NCBI GenBank assembly: GCA_030390025.1
Contig: CM059447.1
Location: forward strand, 21,700,001 to 21,764,000
Source of the DNA: Squalus acanthias
Taxonomy: Eukaryota
DNA length: 64,000 bases
Direction of reading: 5' to 3'
Shown: piece by piece, positions 51,255 to 64,000 of the stretch
Layout of the letters: every line of letters begins with the position of its first letter
How positions within the stretch are numbered: the stretch's first letter is position 1
The notes under the pieces: model-generated
What the model was told of the DNA's origin: nothing
What the model saw: the letters and a program-made list of their open reading frames with translations, nothing else
Database searches by the model: none
Translations under genes and position numbers: made by a program

Positions 51255-53599
51255 TGTTGAGGGAATCAAAATAATTTACCAACCGGTTTTAGACACAGAA
51301 TAACAATACTTTTCCGCAATAGTTCACAATTTTTCTGCAGGAAATGAGGGAAAATCCCAGGAATTTCTAGATTAGCATGTATATCGTGCAATCCCATCAA
51401 ATCAAGCATGTAAACCCTGCAGCATTCAATAAGCATTTGAAAAAAAACTTCCTTGTACTCATTAGGAAATCACGTCATTGTGCAGTAACATCTGATTTTG
51501 TTTTCAGGACTATCCTTACAATGCGGAAATTTGGGCCTTATTGTCGGGAGTGGTAGACTAGACATAAAAATAATACTCAAATGTTCCATTTTGATCCCTG
51601 ACCAATGCCCCAATCCAGTTTGTTGACCTTCGGCAATCCAGTGCATAGAATCCCCTCATTGGGCATAAGGATGACAGTCCTGCCCCATCTCAAAGTGATC
51701 CCATGACTCACTGGGAACAAGATCACATTGAGTGTGAGTGGTGATGTATAGAGAAGGGTGGAGGGGGAGGGAAGAAGTACCATTATCCCCACAAATGTTA
51801 ATAATACGACTTTCTTCTAAATGGTTCTTTGAGTAGTCAATGTCTGTTTCTAGTGTTCAGTATCTGGTTGCAAAGTCTGCTGAGACTTGTATTAGCCTCT
51901 GGATATTATGAGAAGGGACCGTGAGAATCACTCAGTGTTTCTACTGAGATTAGCTGTTTCATAATGTATGAATTCATCTAGTAATTACATAATAAATACG
52001 GCAGTGTTTTATATGGTGTAAGAGGTAATTTCCATTTACAGCAGTCTGTGCTTGAATGAAAGCTATGAAATTGAACCTTCATCCAGGTTAACCCCTGCCT
52101 AACTTGCAGAAAGTTAGAATTGTGCAATAAATTTGTGTAATGTAATTAATATAAATGTTCCTTAAAATCTCTACGTTCTGCCAGTCTCCTGCAATGGAGG
52201 CTAATTAATAAAATCGCTAATTCCTGTTAACATAATAAGTCTAGAAAGGACTAGATATTAGTACATGAACCTTTAATAAGTTTGTATGAATTACTTTGCT
52301 ATTTGAACAAATGGGGTAATGCCTCTGTTAAGGTAGCGAACAATGTAATTTCATATGAACACAGTGTTCATACTCCAATATCGCACTTCTTAAGCTCTAG
52401 AGTTTTAACAGATGAACTGAATAATGAACAGTGGTGAGAAGTGAGTAATGGCACTAAGATCAGCTGATTGGATTTGGTTTATGCAGTTTATTTACATACA
52501 CATATTTTTGAAGTACAAGTTTTCTTTTCTGTTTTTTCCAACAGCAGAAGTAGATCTTTTGCACAGCACACACGTGTGCCAGTAAGGAGACTGGTATGTC
52601 TCAGTAAGTATTACTGAGAGTGGGAAGTGACCAAAAGGAAAGCAGCAAATGAAGGAGGGAGGGAGGGAGAGCGAGAGTGAGTGAGAGAGAGCTCGTGATG
52701 TTCATGGGAAGCAATGTTGTGTAGTGGAAGTCCCACTCATGAGACTCGCTGATAAATTGACTTGCCCCACTTTGCAGCTTTGTTCTCCGGCCCCATTTCC
52801 CTCTTCTGCATCCTCTTCCTCGCGCTGTGTGCTATCCTCCAGCTGGCTTCCAATCCCTGCGCTTCCTTTTGCATAACTAGGAAAGCAGTGTCCATTGGCT
52901 GAGATGTATGTGTCTACTTTTCCTCTTTTGGTGGTATTCCCCATAGGGTGTCAATTTTTGGTCCATAATAGAAAGCCTTACTCAGTGTGAAAATGAATAA
53001 AAGGCATCAGGCACATCATTAAATAGATTGGACTTTCAGCCTCAGCTGCGATTGAAAGCTGTAACTACAGGCCTGTGCAACTAGGGTCCTGACCTTATAC
53101 TTCTGGGACACTCAGTGTTATTTTCTCATATATTATTTAGCAAATTTCACAGGAGGATGGAACTTGTTGCACTTTGCAAGGACATTCAATGCCCACGATA
53201 TTAAGGAGTAGTTTAGTGGAACATGAAATCTGTGCAAAAGATATTGCTTTATCTTATTCATAGAAACATAAAGTGCTGACATCTCCCACATTAATAGTTT
53301 CTGCTATCCAGCTGTAAGATGGATTATATCATAACCTCATTTATGTTTTAGAGGCAGTTACAATACTTTCTTTACACCTTCAATTAAGGAATTTTTTTAA
53401 AATAATGAGGTAGATTTTCACCTTTACCACCTGGATGTTGAGCTCAAAAAGGAAAGTTGGGCAAGGGGTATTGCACATTAGTACCAGAGATTGTCTAATT
53501 TTTCTTCTATTTAAATTAATGAAAAGCAGACTCTGTAATTAGCATTCGTTGCTCCCCACTCGATTGTCCTTCTACGCTCTGCCCCGCGATGCTCGACAT

Positions 53600-54020
53600 A
53601 GCAACATTCAGCCCCTCAAGCCTGCTCCGCCATTCAATCAGATTGTGGCTGATCTGTGTCTCAACTCCATTTACCAGCTTTAGCTCCATATTCCTTGATA
53701 CTCTTACCTAACAAAAATCTATTGATCTCAGTTTTGAAAGCTCCAATTGTCCCAGCATCCACAGCCTTTTGGGGGAGAGTGTTCCAGATTTGTGAGGATG
53801 CTTCTTGATTTTTCCCCTGAATGGCCTAGCTCTACTTTTAAGATTATGTCCCCTTGTTCTTGATTCCCCCGCCAAAGGAAATAGTTTCTCCGAATCTACC
53901 CTATCAAATCCTTTTTAACATTTTAAAGACCTCGATCAGATCACCCTTCAACCTTCCATACTCAAGGGAATACAAGCCAAGTTTATGCAACATGTCCTCC
54001 TAATTTAATCCTCTAAACCC
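53600..54020 (-). mobile_element. CR1 LINE 3' fragment
   Basis: cattcagcccctcaagcctgctccgccattcaatcagattgtggctgatct end plus ORF2 C-terminal sequence. Homologous to 24875-25182. Confidence 0.85.
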
Positions 54021-54422
54021 AGGTGGTGATGATGAAAATCTACCCCAGCACTTTAGCTACTATATTTAGATTTCCTCGGTTCCAAATGCATGTCCTAATT
54101 TAGGACTTTTGTTAAAGTTAAGCTGGAAATAGTAAAGGGAAAATATTCTTATTCCCAGCGACCTTGTACAGTTTCAAACAGATACTTGCTCTAAGCTGTT
54201 TCTTCGCCAGCTATAACAAACTGTTGTCAAGCACAGCAAAACTTAAAAAAAAACAGCACAAAACCCAAGCGTAAATTGCCAGCAGTTAGCCAGTGGAAAG
54301 AAATAGCCATGTAGGCACCTGCTGTGGTTCGTTAGCTTTCAGCTTAAAGAGAGGAGGTATCAAAACCAAAGGAGATTGTCCATCTGGGAAGATTGTGAGA
54401 AAGTGAATGTGTTTGGTCTTAC

Positions 54423-54476
54423 CGGCAGATTCCTCTGTACTGCTGGCGGCAGTAGTAGGTGGGACCACTGGAATCT
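54423..54476 (-). CDS. NTN1: Netrin-1 internal exon (54 nt), linker (K)IPVVPPTTAASSTEESA(D)
   Basis: Acceptor ttcccacag|AGATTCCA and donor GCCG|gtaaga. Matches the netrin-1 linker KIPVAPPTTAASS. Phase 1-1. Confidence 0.95.
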
Positions 54477-55589
54477 CTGTGGGAAAGAAAGGCAAGCAAC
54501 AGCAATGAAACATTAATATATCATCCACAAGTGTACAAAACATTTCAATGTCTTTTATAAAAAGAATTTGTTTTGTAAGTGATCTTTTTCACAACTTCAA
54601 AGAGCACATGTGCATTGTTAATCTGAAATGTTTATTTACAATAATTGTTTGTATTATGTCTCCTTCATTCTCAGGAGTTTCTATTGAATAACAACAAATT
54701 GGGATATTGTCTCCAGCAAGACTTGATTCTTTCAATCCTACACCTTTCTGGCAGAAAGTCAGCATTGAGATTGGCCATGCGTGAAGGAACTCTTTCATCT
54801 CAAAAGAGGAGATTGAACTCCGAGATTCTTTTTTGTTTTAGCTGAGCGTTTCTAGACTTGAAGGCAAGTAGACAGCATAAAGTACCAGAGACAGGGCCAC
54901 ATAAAATATCTAAAGTCATTAAGAGATCAGCTTCTGACTCTGTCAGAGGCACACAGCACATCAGAACAAACACAGAAATATAAGTCAGTCACATGATGTC
55001 ATTCACCAAAAAAATAAAGCAAGGCTGTTTAAAAGGTGAGAGTAAAGAATCAAGTCTTATAGAAACAGGTGTCATATTATGGTTGCCACTCTCTGACCCT
55101 GTATGCACTTGTGCTTTTAAGCTAATTTAAATCAATCATAATTATTTTAACTATACACATCTCGGGCAGAAGTGCATTTCAATTGATTTATGTTCAATCA
55201 TATTCTGAAGCTTGGTAAAGTTGATGTGGTCTAAATGAAATTCTTGCAGGGTTTAGGATCTAAAACAATTCAGGCTAGCTAAAATTTATTTAAAAAATTT
55301 AAAACATTTTCAATTTGAAATGCTCTATCTTGATGAAGGGGCACAGGGTCAAAATGGTAAAGGATTGTGCTTCCGGCTCTATAAAACCTGGGTAAATCCA
55401 CCACAGGGAAAGGGAATGAAGATCTCCTCTTTCAAAGGTCATAAAGGGAGTTAGTTTGGAGGCAGCCTGGTATTTCAGGCTCTCGAGCATTTGAGGTCCC
55501 AAATAGAATTTCATGGCTTTAAGTCCCAATGTCCTTTCACTCAAGCTAACCTGTTTCATTTGGGGGAGCTTTATCTCCATCCAATTTTT

Positions 55590-55930
55590 TCCTTATCCAT
55601 CTTCTCTCTACTTATGTTGGTTATAGTTCCATGGGACAGAAGTGGCGCTGCAGTACTTCACTCAAATGGCCAGTTTTTGTGTGTGAGCCTGGACAGTGGC
55701 TTTCTGCTGGCTATTCAGTTGGGGTCAGAAAGCTGAGCCTAATTCTGTCCTCCTCGCCCACTGTCCACATATGCACCTTTCCTGGAGGAGCAATCAGGAC
55801 ACCATCAGCATGTTGAGGCCAACTGTATTGAGCCTACTCCCACCAAAGCTAATACCTTCCTGGTGACTTTCCCACTGTGTATGGCTCAGTGTTACACACC
55901 ATGAAGTGCATTCACCAACTGAGCAGTCAT
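55590..55930 (-). mobile_element. Family X copy
   Basis: cagtacttcactcaaatggcc...gtgtgagcctggacagtg...gctattc...gaggccaactgta...gtatggctcagt...caccaactgagc. Confidence 0.7.
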
Positions 55931-56567
55931 GGCGGGGTTCAGAATGGGGAGCTTCCTCAATTCATAGCTGGTTTGCTTGATGCAGCACCATATGAAGTTA
56001 GGTATTCTGTCTCCTGCTAGCCGATCATACAATGGCACTGAAGGTGATTGTGGCAAAGTCTATAGCCTGGACTGTTCTGTCTTCCTGCCAGTAGGATGTG
56101 CCAACAAGGCGGTGAATGACGAGGGGGTGAAGAGTAAAGCTGTTCTTTACTTTAATGACATTAGTTTTGGGAGTTGCAGTCCAGGCTTTGTTCCGACAGA
56201 AAACTTTCCAATGACTTGTGGTTAATTCAGCAGTAAGAGCGCTGAGAGAGCCAGAATTCCAAGTAATATTGTGTCATGATGCATATTTTTGAGGTTAGGG
56301 GAAGAAGTGCATTGTCAGGGCAATGCAGGGAGAGCCGAGTGCTACATTTGAATTATTGTTGTATCCTAGAATGTTTAGCGGCCGCCTGAACTAGTTCAGA
56401 TAAGTATACAGTCATATTATTTATGAAGCACTTTAGCTGTTGGCTACTAAAGGCTTTGCTCTCTCTATTATTGTTGCTTCTAAGGAAGACCAGCTTTCTC
56501 TGGCTTCCTCAGGAAAAAGAAGACTGCTTATTTGGATCTGATCATTTCAAGCTCATTGTCAGACTTA

Positions 56568-56930
<363 letters not shown>

Positions 56931-57488
56931 TTATAACCTTGGTTTTTAAATCATGCCACCTGCCTGAACTCTTCCTTCAGAGATCATTATTTGATATTCT
57001 CTGAAATATTTAATCAGCGAAAAGGTTTCTAAAGCCATCATTGGCACAAACACAAGGTAATTAAAGCTACAAAGTATCATTTATACAGTGATTTGCTTGC
57101 CAATCTCATTCGTTACAAGTTCAAAAAGGATCCGTTCAGTGGACAAGAAAGTCAGTCACTGCAATCAGATTTACATAATCCTTAATAAGTAAATGATCAA
57201 GATTAGATACGTAATGAAAAGGTGGCACACTAGATCACTATGGAATCAACACCAATGCTGTAATTGGCTATAATTGTGTAAAACCCAATACTCCCCTATG
57301 AATTGATGTTAGATTTTAAATGTTGTCCTTTGTATCTCATGGCAGTGTGGTAAAACTTAGGCTATACTGGTGTCTTTTCATTTATTATTAATTAAATATA
57401 CTTTCATTTTACTAACAATTCAAAGAAACTTATAAAGAACAGGAATGTGACTATAGTTTGGAAATGATGTAATACTATCACTTAACAC

Positions 57489-57588
57489 ATATCAAATTCC
57501 GCTGTCCATTATTTTAATGGAAGCATTAACCCATTTATTTTAAACAGATTAATGCCTCTGTTAAATAGCGGACAGAGGAATTTGATAT
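57489..57588. repeat. 100-bp imperfect palindrome, probable small MITE
   Basis: Arms atatcaaattccgctgtccattattttaatggaagcattaa and ttaatgcctctgttaaatagcggacagaggaatttgatat. A related half copy lies at 16382-16422. Confidence 0.75.
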
Positions 57589-58769
57589 AAACTCACTGTT
57601 CACACAGCAAAATGTCCAGACTTATATCTCTACATTCTTCAAGTGGAATTTTCTTCTTAATTTCTAAACAGTATTTGCCATTTAGCTATATGCACAGAAG
57701 GCTCTGACATCTAGAAATGCATTTTTTGCTATTCATTCATTCTAACAGATTGCTACGCACTTTCAGATATTGAACTCTGCATAACAAAAATGTTTGCTAC
57801 AATAAACAGTGTTCTTAGGTGTGGGATATAAAAGTGTTTCATGGTAAAGTAACTGTAATGGTCTTTGCACTGTAAACCTACATTTATTAGCAATATTCAA
57901 TATAATTAAAATATAGACAAACGGCCATGTAATATATGGGCTTTTCATTCAAATTATTTTCCATTTAAAATAATGCTCATGATGGGAGCATTTGACATTA
58001 ACCTATGTTTAAAGTTACTTAATGGGAACAGTCAATTGTTATTTAATTGCAACCTTGTAACGAAAATGATAAATGGGGGAAGCAACATAACAAAAGGATT
58101 CTGGGAAAGAAAGCCCAGGCAGTCAAGTCAATGGTGTTATTCTTCCTCCACTCTTTTCTGGATGTTTAGTGAATCTGGATTTTGTACTGCAGTAGTTTTT
58201 TGACTTGTAGTTTGAAAGCTGAGTAGATTAGTAGTGCAAATGTGACTGCACTGAGCAGTGCTTCGGACTGCCACTACTCTGTTACATATCATTGATTCAA
58301 GGCTAATAAAAATATTGTTAAAAAGTTACCCTAGTATATATGTTTCCCCTCCTTTTTCACTGTCCCGTGCAATATTCCCAAGTATCAGAGGGTGGGCAAG
58401 AAATTTAGTCCAAAGCACCTGCGAATGTTGATAAAGCTGACCACTAGATCACTAAGGATTGTGGAAGAGTGACCTTCAGTGACTAGAGCCTGAATTTCCA
58501 ATTGCCTCCACAAATGTGGTGGGGTGCGACTTCCACCCATCCAATGGTGCGAGCTCTGATCCTGCCCGTTTTTTTTTTCTTAATTTGAATACTGTAGTGA
58601 GCTTCAGGAGTTTTAAACATCTCTGATGGTGAGCTTGCTCTTTTGGAGATGGAAAATAGCATGTCTTGCAGGCATTAAAGGCCTGCAGCAGCTCAAAGGG
58701 GCCACCACAAAAAAATGTAGTTTTGCATGAAGCTGAGAAATGTCTTCATGTAAAAAGGTTGGAGAGGAA

Positions 58770-60100
58770 TGCTGCAGCGCACAGAGCCCCCGATTTGTGG
58801 ATGTTGAAGTGGTGCTACAGGAGGTCATGCTTTGGAGAAACTATTTTGGAACTGACAAAGGACTGGCTCCAAAGAGAGCTACAGTAGATAAGTGAATGGA
58901 GCTATCCAGCAACAGTGCCAATTTAACAATCTGCTGCTTGGCCACTCAGTTAATGCTGTGAAAGGTTCATTGATTGTACCATGTCAGGCAAGGTAACAGG
59001 AGCCAGTCACAGCTTCCAAAAATCCACTGTACTAAGCAGGTTTGCAACTTACAACCATCTCCTCCCACTATGTTAAATTGCTTGACTAGCTTACCATCAA
59101 TGCCTATGAGACAATGAGGTGTCCTTTTATAGCTCGCCTGGAAATGTTCCATCACTCACATTCTTACATGCATATTCCCCACAAATGCCATGTATGAAAT
59201 GCAATTGCTTGTTCATGCACGTATGAGAATACCTATTTTGATCTGCATGCTGATACCTGGGTTTTTCTGTATCATAGGAATGAAAGGCCACCCTCACTTT
59301 TATGCATTTACTCTTCAACCAGAAGACAGCCTACAGCAGCTGGGAGAGATTGACAACAGGTGGTGGACACCCAAAAACTGCGACTTCTCACCCCGATGAG
59401 GAGGAAGCCATGCAGATCCTGGGGAGAATGAGGAAAGGGAGGATGTCAGAGGTGACAAAGTAGGAGGGCGTGTGCCAACAAAGAATTCATCATGGCATTC
59501 TTTTCCTTCTCTTCCTATTACACCCTGCATTACTCGTCGGTGAGCCATATCATGAAACTCTCGTGTCCCTCCTCCTATTGTGTGAACTCCGTTTCTCAGG
59601 AAAACCATTCTAAATTTTCATCTTTTCTGCCTCTTGATGTTTCTGAAGCAGATAAACAACGACAAAGTACACTGCGTCCCTGCCAGAACTTTAGAATATG
59701 AGATATCAATCACTCTCTCCCTTCCAAGTACCAGTCCAGAGATATCCACCTGGGGGGAATTTGAGTGTGAGTCAGAGGGAAGTGAGCTGGGGGACACACA
59801 GCGTGGGTGAGCAGGAGCAGCTGGGGGTAGAACATGAGGAGGAAAACATTGCTGACCAGAGGAGCCACTTATGTTACTCCTCCATTTAAGAGTCTGAGGA
59901 TCCAGATCTGATGAGGCCTGCGTTTAAAGGAAGGATGCTTTCAAAAGAATCAAACATGTGTACAGACATTCAGGCTGTGCCCAAAACCGTGCAGCAGATT
60001 GCAGCTAAATTCAAGGAATCTACTACTTGCATCTTTGATGCCCTGATGAATGGCTTTACAACACTGCCACACATCCTGGAGCAATGGCATCTCCAGGGAC
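58770..60100 (+). pseudogene. Decayed Myb/SANT-like (trihelix) gene of a PIF/Harbinger-type transposon
   Basis: PRFVDVEVVLQEVMLWRNYFG...DK*MELS at ~58788-58910 and KTAYSSWERLTTGGGHPK...DEEEAMQILG at ~59322-59423 (after a ttcaaccag acceptor). These resemble PRF...EL.VL..EV...LFG...W.EIA and ER..TGGG.P...EE....ILG. Confidence 0.5.
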
Positions 60101-60240
60101 ATCGGCAGGGTTTGACCCATGACAGAGGCCCTAAGGGCAGTGCGCACTTCTTCCTTGGATGGTTCAGACTGCTGCTTTAGCGGTCTTGGTAAGGGCTGTT
60201 TCTTCCAGCCTGCTAGTGATTGAGACTGGGTTACGATCAA

Positions 60241-60768
60241 CAACAAACAACAACAACTTGTATTTATATAGCGCCTTTAACGTAGTAAAAAGTCCCAAGG
60301 TGCTTCACAGGAGTATTATAAGGCAACAAATTTGACACCGAGCCACATAAGGAGAAATTAGGGCAGGTGACCAAAAGCTTGGTCAAAGAGGTAGGTTTTA
60401 AGGAGCATCTTAAAGGAGGAAAGAGAGGTAGAGAGGCGGAGAGGTTTAGGCAGGGAATTCCAGAGCTTAGGGCCTAGGCAACAGAAGGCACGGCCACCAA
60501 TGGTTGAGCGATTATAATCAGGGATGCTCAAGAGGGCAGAATTAGAGATATCTTGGGGGGTTGTAGGGCTGAAGGAGATTACAGAGATAGGGAGGGGCGA
60601 GGCCATGGTGGGATTTGAAAACAAGGATGAGAATTTTGAAATCGAGGCGTTGCTTAACCAATGTAGGTCAGCGAGCACAGGGATGATGGGTGAATGGGAC
60701 TTGGTGCGAGTTAGGACACGGACAGTTGAGTTTTGGATCACCTCACATTTACGTAGGGTAGAATGTGA
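60241..60768 (-). mobile_element. L2 LINE 3' fragment
   Basis: Minus ORF IQNSTVRVLTRTKSHSPIIPVLADLHWL...GGRAFCCLGPKLWNSLP...FKMLLKTYLF with a (TTG)n tail. Possible TSD ATCAA at 60236-60240 and 60769-60773. Confidence 0.9.
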
Positions 60769-61429
60769 ATCAAGTATCATTGATACCATTAAAACTGCTT
60801 TATCACAGATCAATGGCCATACAAAACCTGTGCCTGGTATCAGTGGCATGGCAGGAATGTACTCATATGATAGTGCTATGATAGCAGGACTTGCATGCCC
60901 TCCCACCAGCTCTCTCTGATGCCTGCACAGGTGGCAGGAGTGAGACAGGGCCAGTTTGCCAGGAGCAGTAAACAGATGCAGCCATAGCTCTCATAAAGCA
61001 AGGACCAACTCAGTCCCAAATGACTCATATCCCCAAACAGCAGCCAGCTACCTCAACTAGGAGGAACTAGGTTAGCCTTAACGCACTGGGACCAAGGGAC
61101 AGCGCAATAGTAAGAAGCATTCACATTCACACTCACAATGGATTTTGATTAAAATTATCGTTGCACTAATGTTGCGTGTGCATACACTGTTCTTGGTAAG
61201 GTTTGGAAGTGGCTTTGATGAGTTAATATGAAGGGTAACGGTGTGAGTTGGTGTACGAGAAGTTTTCTGTGGATGATGTGATGGGAAGGGGAGAAGATGC
61301 AGATATGACAGTTTCTGGGGTGTCCAACTATGGTAGTCAAGAGAAGTTACAAATGAGTGTGGCATTCATCCAGGAAAAGGTTTCCCTCCTCCTCTTCATG
61401 CTGCTTCTCAGGCAAATGCAGACTACTAA

Positions 61430-62747
61430 AATAGAAAATAGAAGAAAATCTAGAAACCAAAAACATAGTAATGAATAGTCAGCATGGATTTCAAAAGGGA
61501 AAGACTTGCTTGACCAACCTCATTGAATTTTTTGAAGAGGTAACAGAGAGAGTAGACAATGGTAATATACTAGATGGAATTTATCTAGATTTTCAAAAGG
61601 CTGATGAACAAGGGCAGAGATTATGGAGTTGGGGGACAAGTAGCAGAATGGATAGCTGGCTGGCTTCAGGACAGAAAGCAGAGAGTAGGAGTAAAGGGTA
61701 GCTATTCAGAGTGGCAGAAGGTGGGTAGTGGTGTTCCACAAGGATCAGTGCTGGGACTACTGTTGTTCACAATTTATATTAACGATTTAGACTTTGGAAT
61801 CAAAAACACAATTTCTAAATTTGCGGATGACACCAAATTGGGGGGGATAGTCAATACTGAGGAGGACTGCAACAAATTACAGGAGGACATTAATAAACTT
61901 GCAGAATGGGCATTTAATTGGCAAATGAAGTTCAACACAGATAAATGTGAGGTATTTCATTTTGGTAGGAAGAATAGGGAGGTCACTTATCACTTGGAGG
62001 GTGCGAGTCTAGGTGGGGTAGAGGAACAAAGGGCTCTCGGAGTACAAATACACAAATCACTAAAAGTTGCGACACAGGTTAGCAAGGCCATAAAAAAAGC
62101 AAACCAAGCACTCGGGTTTAGTTCCAGAGGGATAGAATTGAAAAGTAGGGAGGTTATGCTAAACCTGTATCAAACCTTAGTTAGACCACACTTAGAGTAC
62201 TGCATACAGTTCTGGTCGCCATATTATAAAAAGGATACAGAGGCACTGGAGAGGATGTAGAGAAAATTTACAAGGATGATACCAGAAATGCAAGGGTATA
62301 CATATCAGGAAAGGATGAAAAGGCTGGGTCTCTTTTCTCTTGAAAAAAGGCTGAGGGGTGACCTATAGAGGTCTTTAAAATTATGAGAGGTTTTGATAGA
62401 GTGGATACAGAGAGAATGTTTTCACTTGTGGGGAAGAGCATAACTAGAGGCCATCGATATAAGATAGTCACCAAGAAATCCAATAGGGAATTCAGAAGAA
62501 ACTTCTTTACTCAAAGAGTGGTGAGAATGTGGAACTTGCTACCACAGGGAGTGGTTGAAAGAATAGTATAGATGCATTTAAGGGGAGGCTAGACAAGCAT
62601 ATGAGGGAGAAGGGAATAGAGGGTTATGCTGATAGATTTAGATGAGGGAAGTTGGGAGGAGGTTTCGAGTGGAGCATAAACGCCGGCATGGACTGGTTGG
62701 GCCGAATGGTCTGTTTCTGTGCTGTATGTCTTATGTAATCTTATGTA
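61430..62747 (+). mobile_element. 5'-truncated CR1 LINE (RT to 3' end)
   Basis: SQHGFQKGKTCLTNLIEFFEEVT...YLDFQKA, GVPQGSVLG, KFADDTKLGG, RPHLEYCIQFWSP, TRGHRYK. Tail tcttatgtaatcttatgta. Confidence 0.95.
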
Positions 62748-63188
62748 GGAACAGCTCTGCCCGAATTGACAGGTGTCGGGGTAATGGCAGGTAGGTGCCA
62801 TGTGCATTTACTGCAGCCTCACCGGACTGGCCTCCCTCTGTTTCTCCTCCTCTTCTAGAAAGCCAAGGTAGAGTGGATCCTCCAATGAGAAACCCATATT
62901 GTGCCCTATCTGAAAGGGGAAGAGGGTGGGGGAGGCAGCCCATAGCAAATGGCAGAAAGGCAGATGGTAAATGAATGGGCGGAGCAAAACAAAAATTCAA
63001 AATTGGTGCAAAAATAAAGATTTTGCAAATCTTTAAAATATCTGTGCTGGCTCTCTAAATTTACTTCTTCCTTTTGCCCCAGTGCCGAGCAATCCAGCTT
63101 TACCATTCTATATGGGAATGATTACAGCTGAGCAGAAGTGAAACAGTAATGACAGAAAATGGGATGTATGGCATCACTACGTCACTAC

Positions 63189-63348
63189 CAACGTTCCCTC
63201 TAAGCTGCGTGGCCCCACAGCTGTCTGCCGGTCCTGCATAGCCCGGGACTGGTTTTTCCAATGTTAAATTGTGAAAATGGGCCGCGCAGCCCCTTAAAGG
63301 GGCCGTGCACCCACCCCCCCCCAAAAAAAAAAATTAGGGGGAACTTTG
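63189..63348. mobile_element. 160-bp hAT-type MITE
   Basis: TIRs CAACGTTCCCTCTAA / TTAGGGGGAACTTTG (13/15 match). 8-bp flanks GTCACTAC (63181-63188) and ATCACTAC (63349-63356); an 8-bp TSD is characteristic of hAT. Confidence 0.8.
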
Positions 63349-64000
63349 ATCACTACCATATCCTTTAAATACACCCAACCATTTTAGGAAAGGTGCTTCC
63401 ACCATCTGCCAGAAATGACAGTAGAAAATTTGGTGGGTGCTAAAGTGGGCAGAGACCTTTTATGCCAGATCTACGCCCCATTTCCCATCCCATCTGTATG
63501 AATACAACCTGAAAGAAGAGTAAATTTCAAGATTAAGAACTGATTTTCTCTCACATTATGGAGAAGCACCTAGTCCCCCTCGTAGTACCGCCAATATGAT
63601 CATAGCTCACCATATAGGGAGTTACATTCCTTGGCATAGCACACTGAAGTTCCAATCTATCACTGCAGAGCCTGCCTCATCTTGTTACTTTTCTCTGTAT
63701 GATGCAACATCCATGCTATTGATATCGATGTTCTGGTATCTTACTTGAGCTTGAATTGCATTCAAGCTGTATTGAAAAGGCTACTCTCACACTCTATTCG
63801 TGAAAACAAGCACCTGCTCTTATTTATTTTACATATTATGTTTCCATGATCTTTTAAAGTACAGAAAATTGAATTTTAACAGCTTCTCTGAGTCTCCCAG
63901 ATGTTTGGCAAAAGTTAGAAATGAACAAGATTCTCGGGCAGACTATTTATCAGAATCAATAGTTTCCCCATTGGTCGTCTTCCAAGGCATTCAATCAGAT

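Noticed and set aside
61604-62260. 218-aa RT ORF as an active or domesticated gene
   Set aside because: Part of a truncated CR1 with a deletion (FDKVPH missing), frameshifts and a premature stop.

Overview
Vertebrate genomic DNA, AT-rich and repeat-rich. The Deu-domain SINEs and the CR1/L2 LINE types suggest a cartilaginous fish, but that is inferred from repeats alone. Two genes end here tail-to-tail. On + is the last coding exon of syntaxin-8 (STX8, 5885-5952, the transmembrane anchor). On - are the last four coding exons of netrin-1 (NTN1: 56639-56788, 54423-54476, 38772-38846, 12672-13000), which splice GT-AG in frame into EGF-3, linker and the NTR/C345C domain. The rest is intron, UTR or intergenic DNA. 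It holds CR1, L2 and RTE LINE relics, Deu-domain SINEs, a second tRNA-headed SINE-like family I cannot name, MITEs and a Harbinger-like relic. Most other ORFs in the track are LINE fragments or noise. I found no new protein-coding system. The most notable non-coding features are a ~175-bp fold-back insert with a 13-bp flanking duplication and a hammerhead ribozyme core (36045-36218), a CR1-in-CR1 insertion forming a ~600-bp inverted repeat, nested SINE stacks and a G-rich minisatellite. Repeat boundaries were set by eye and are approximate.
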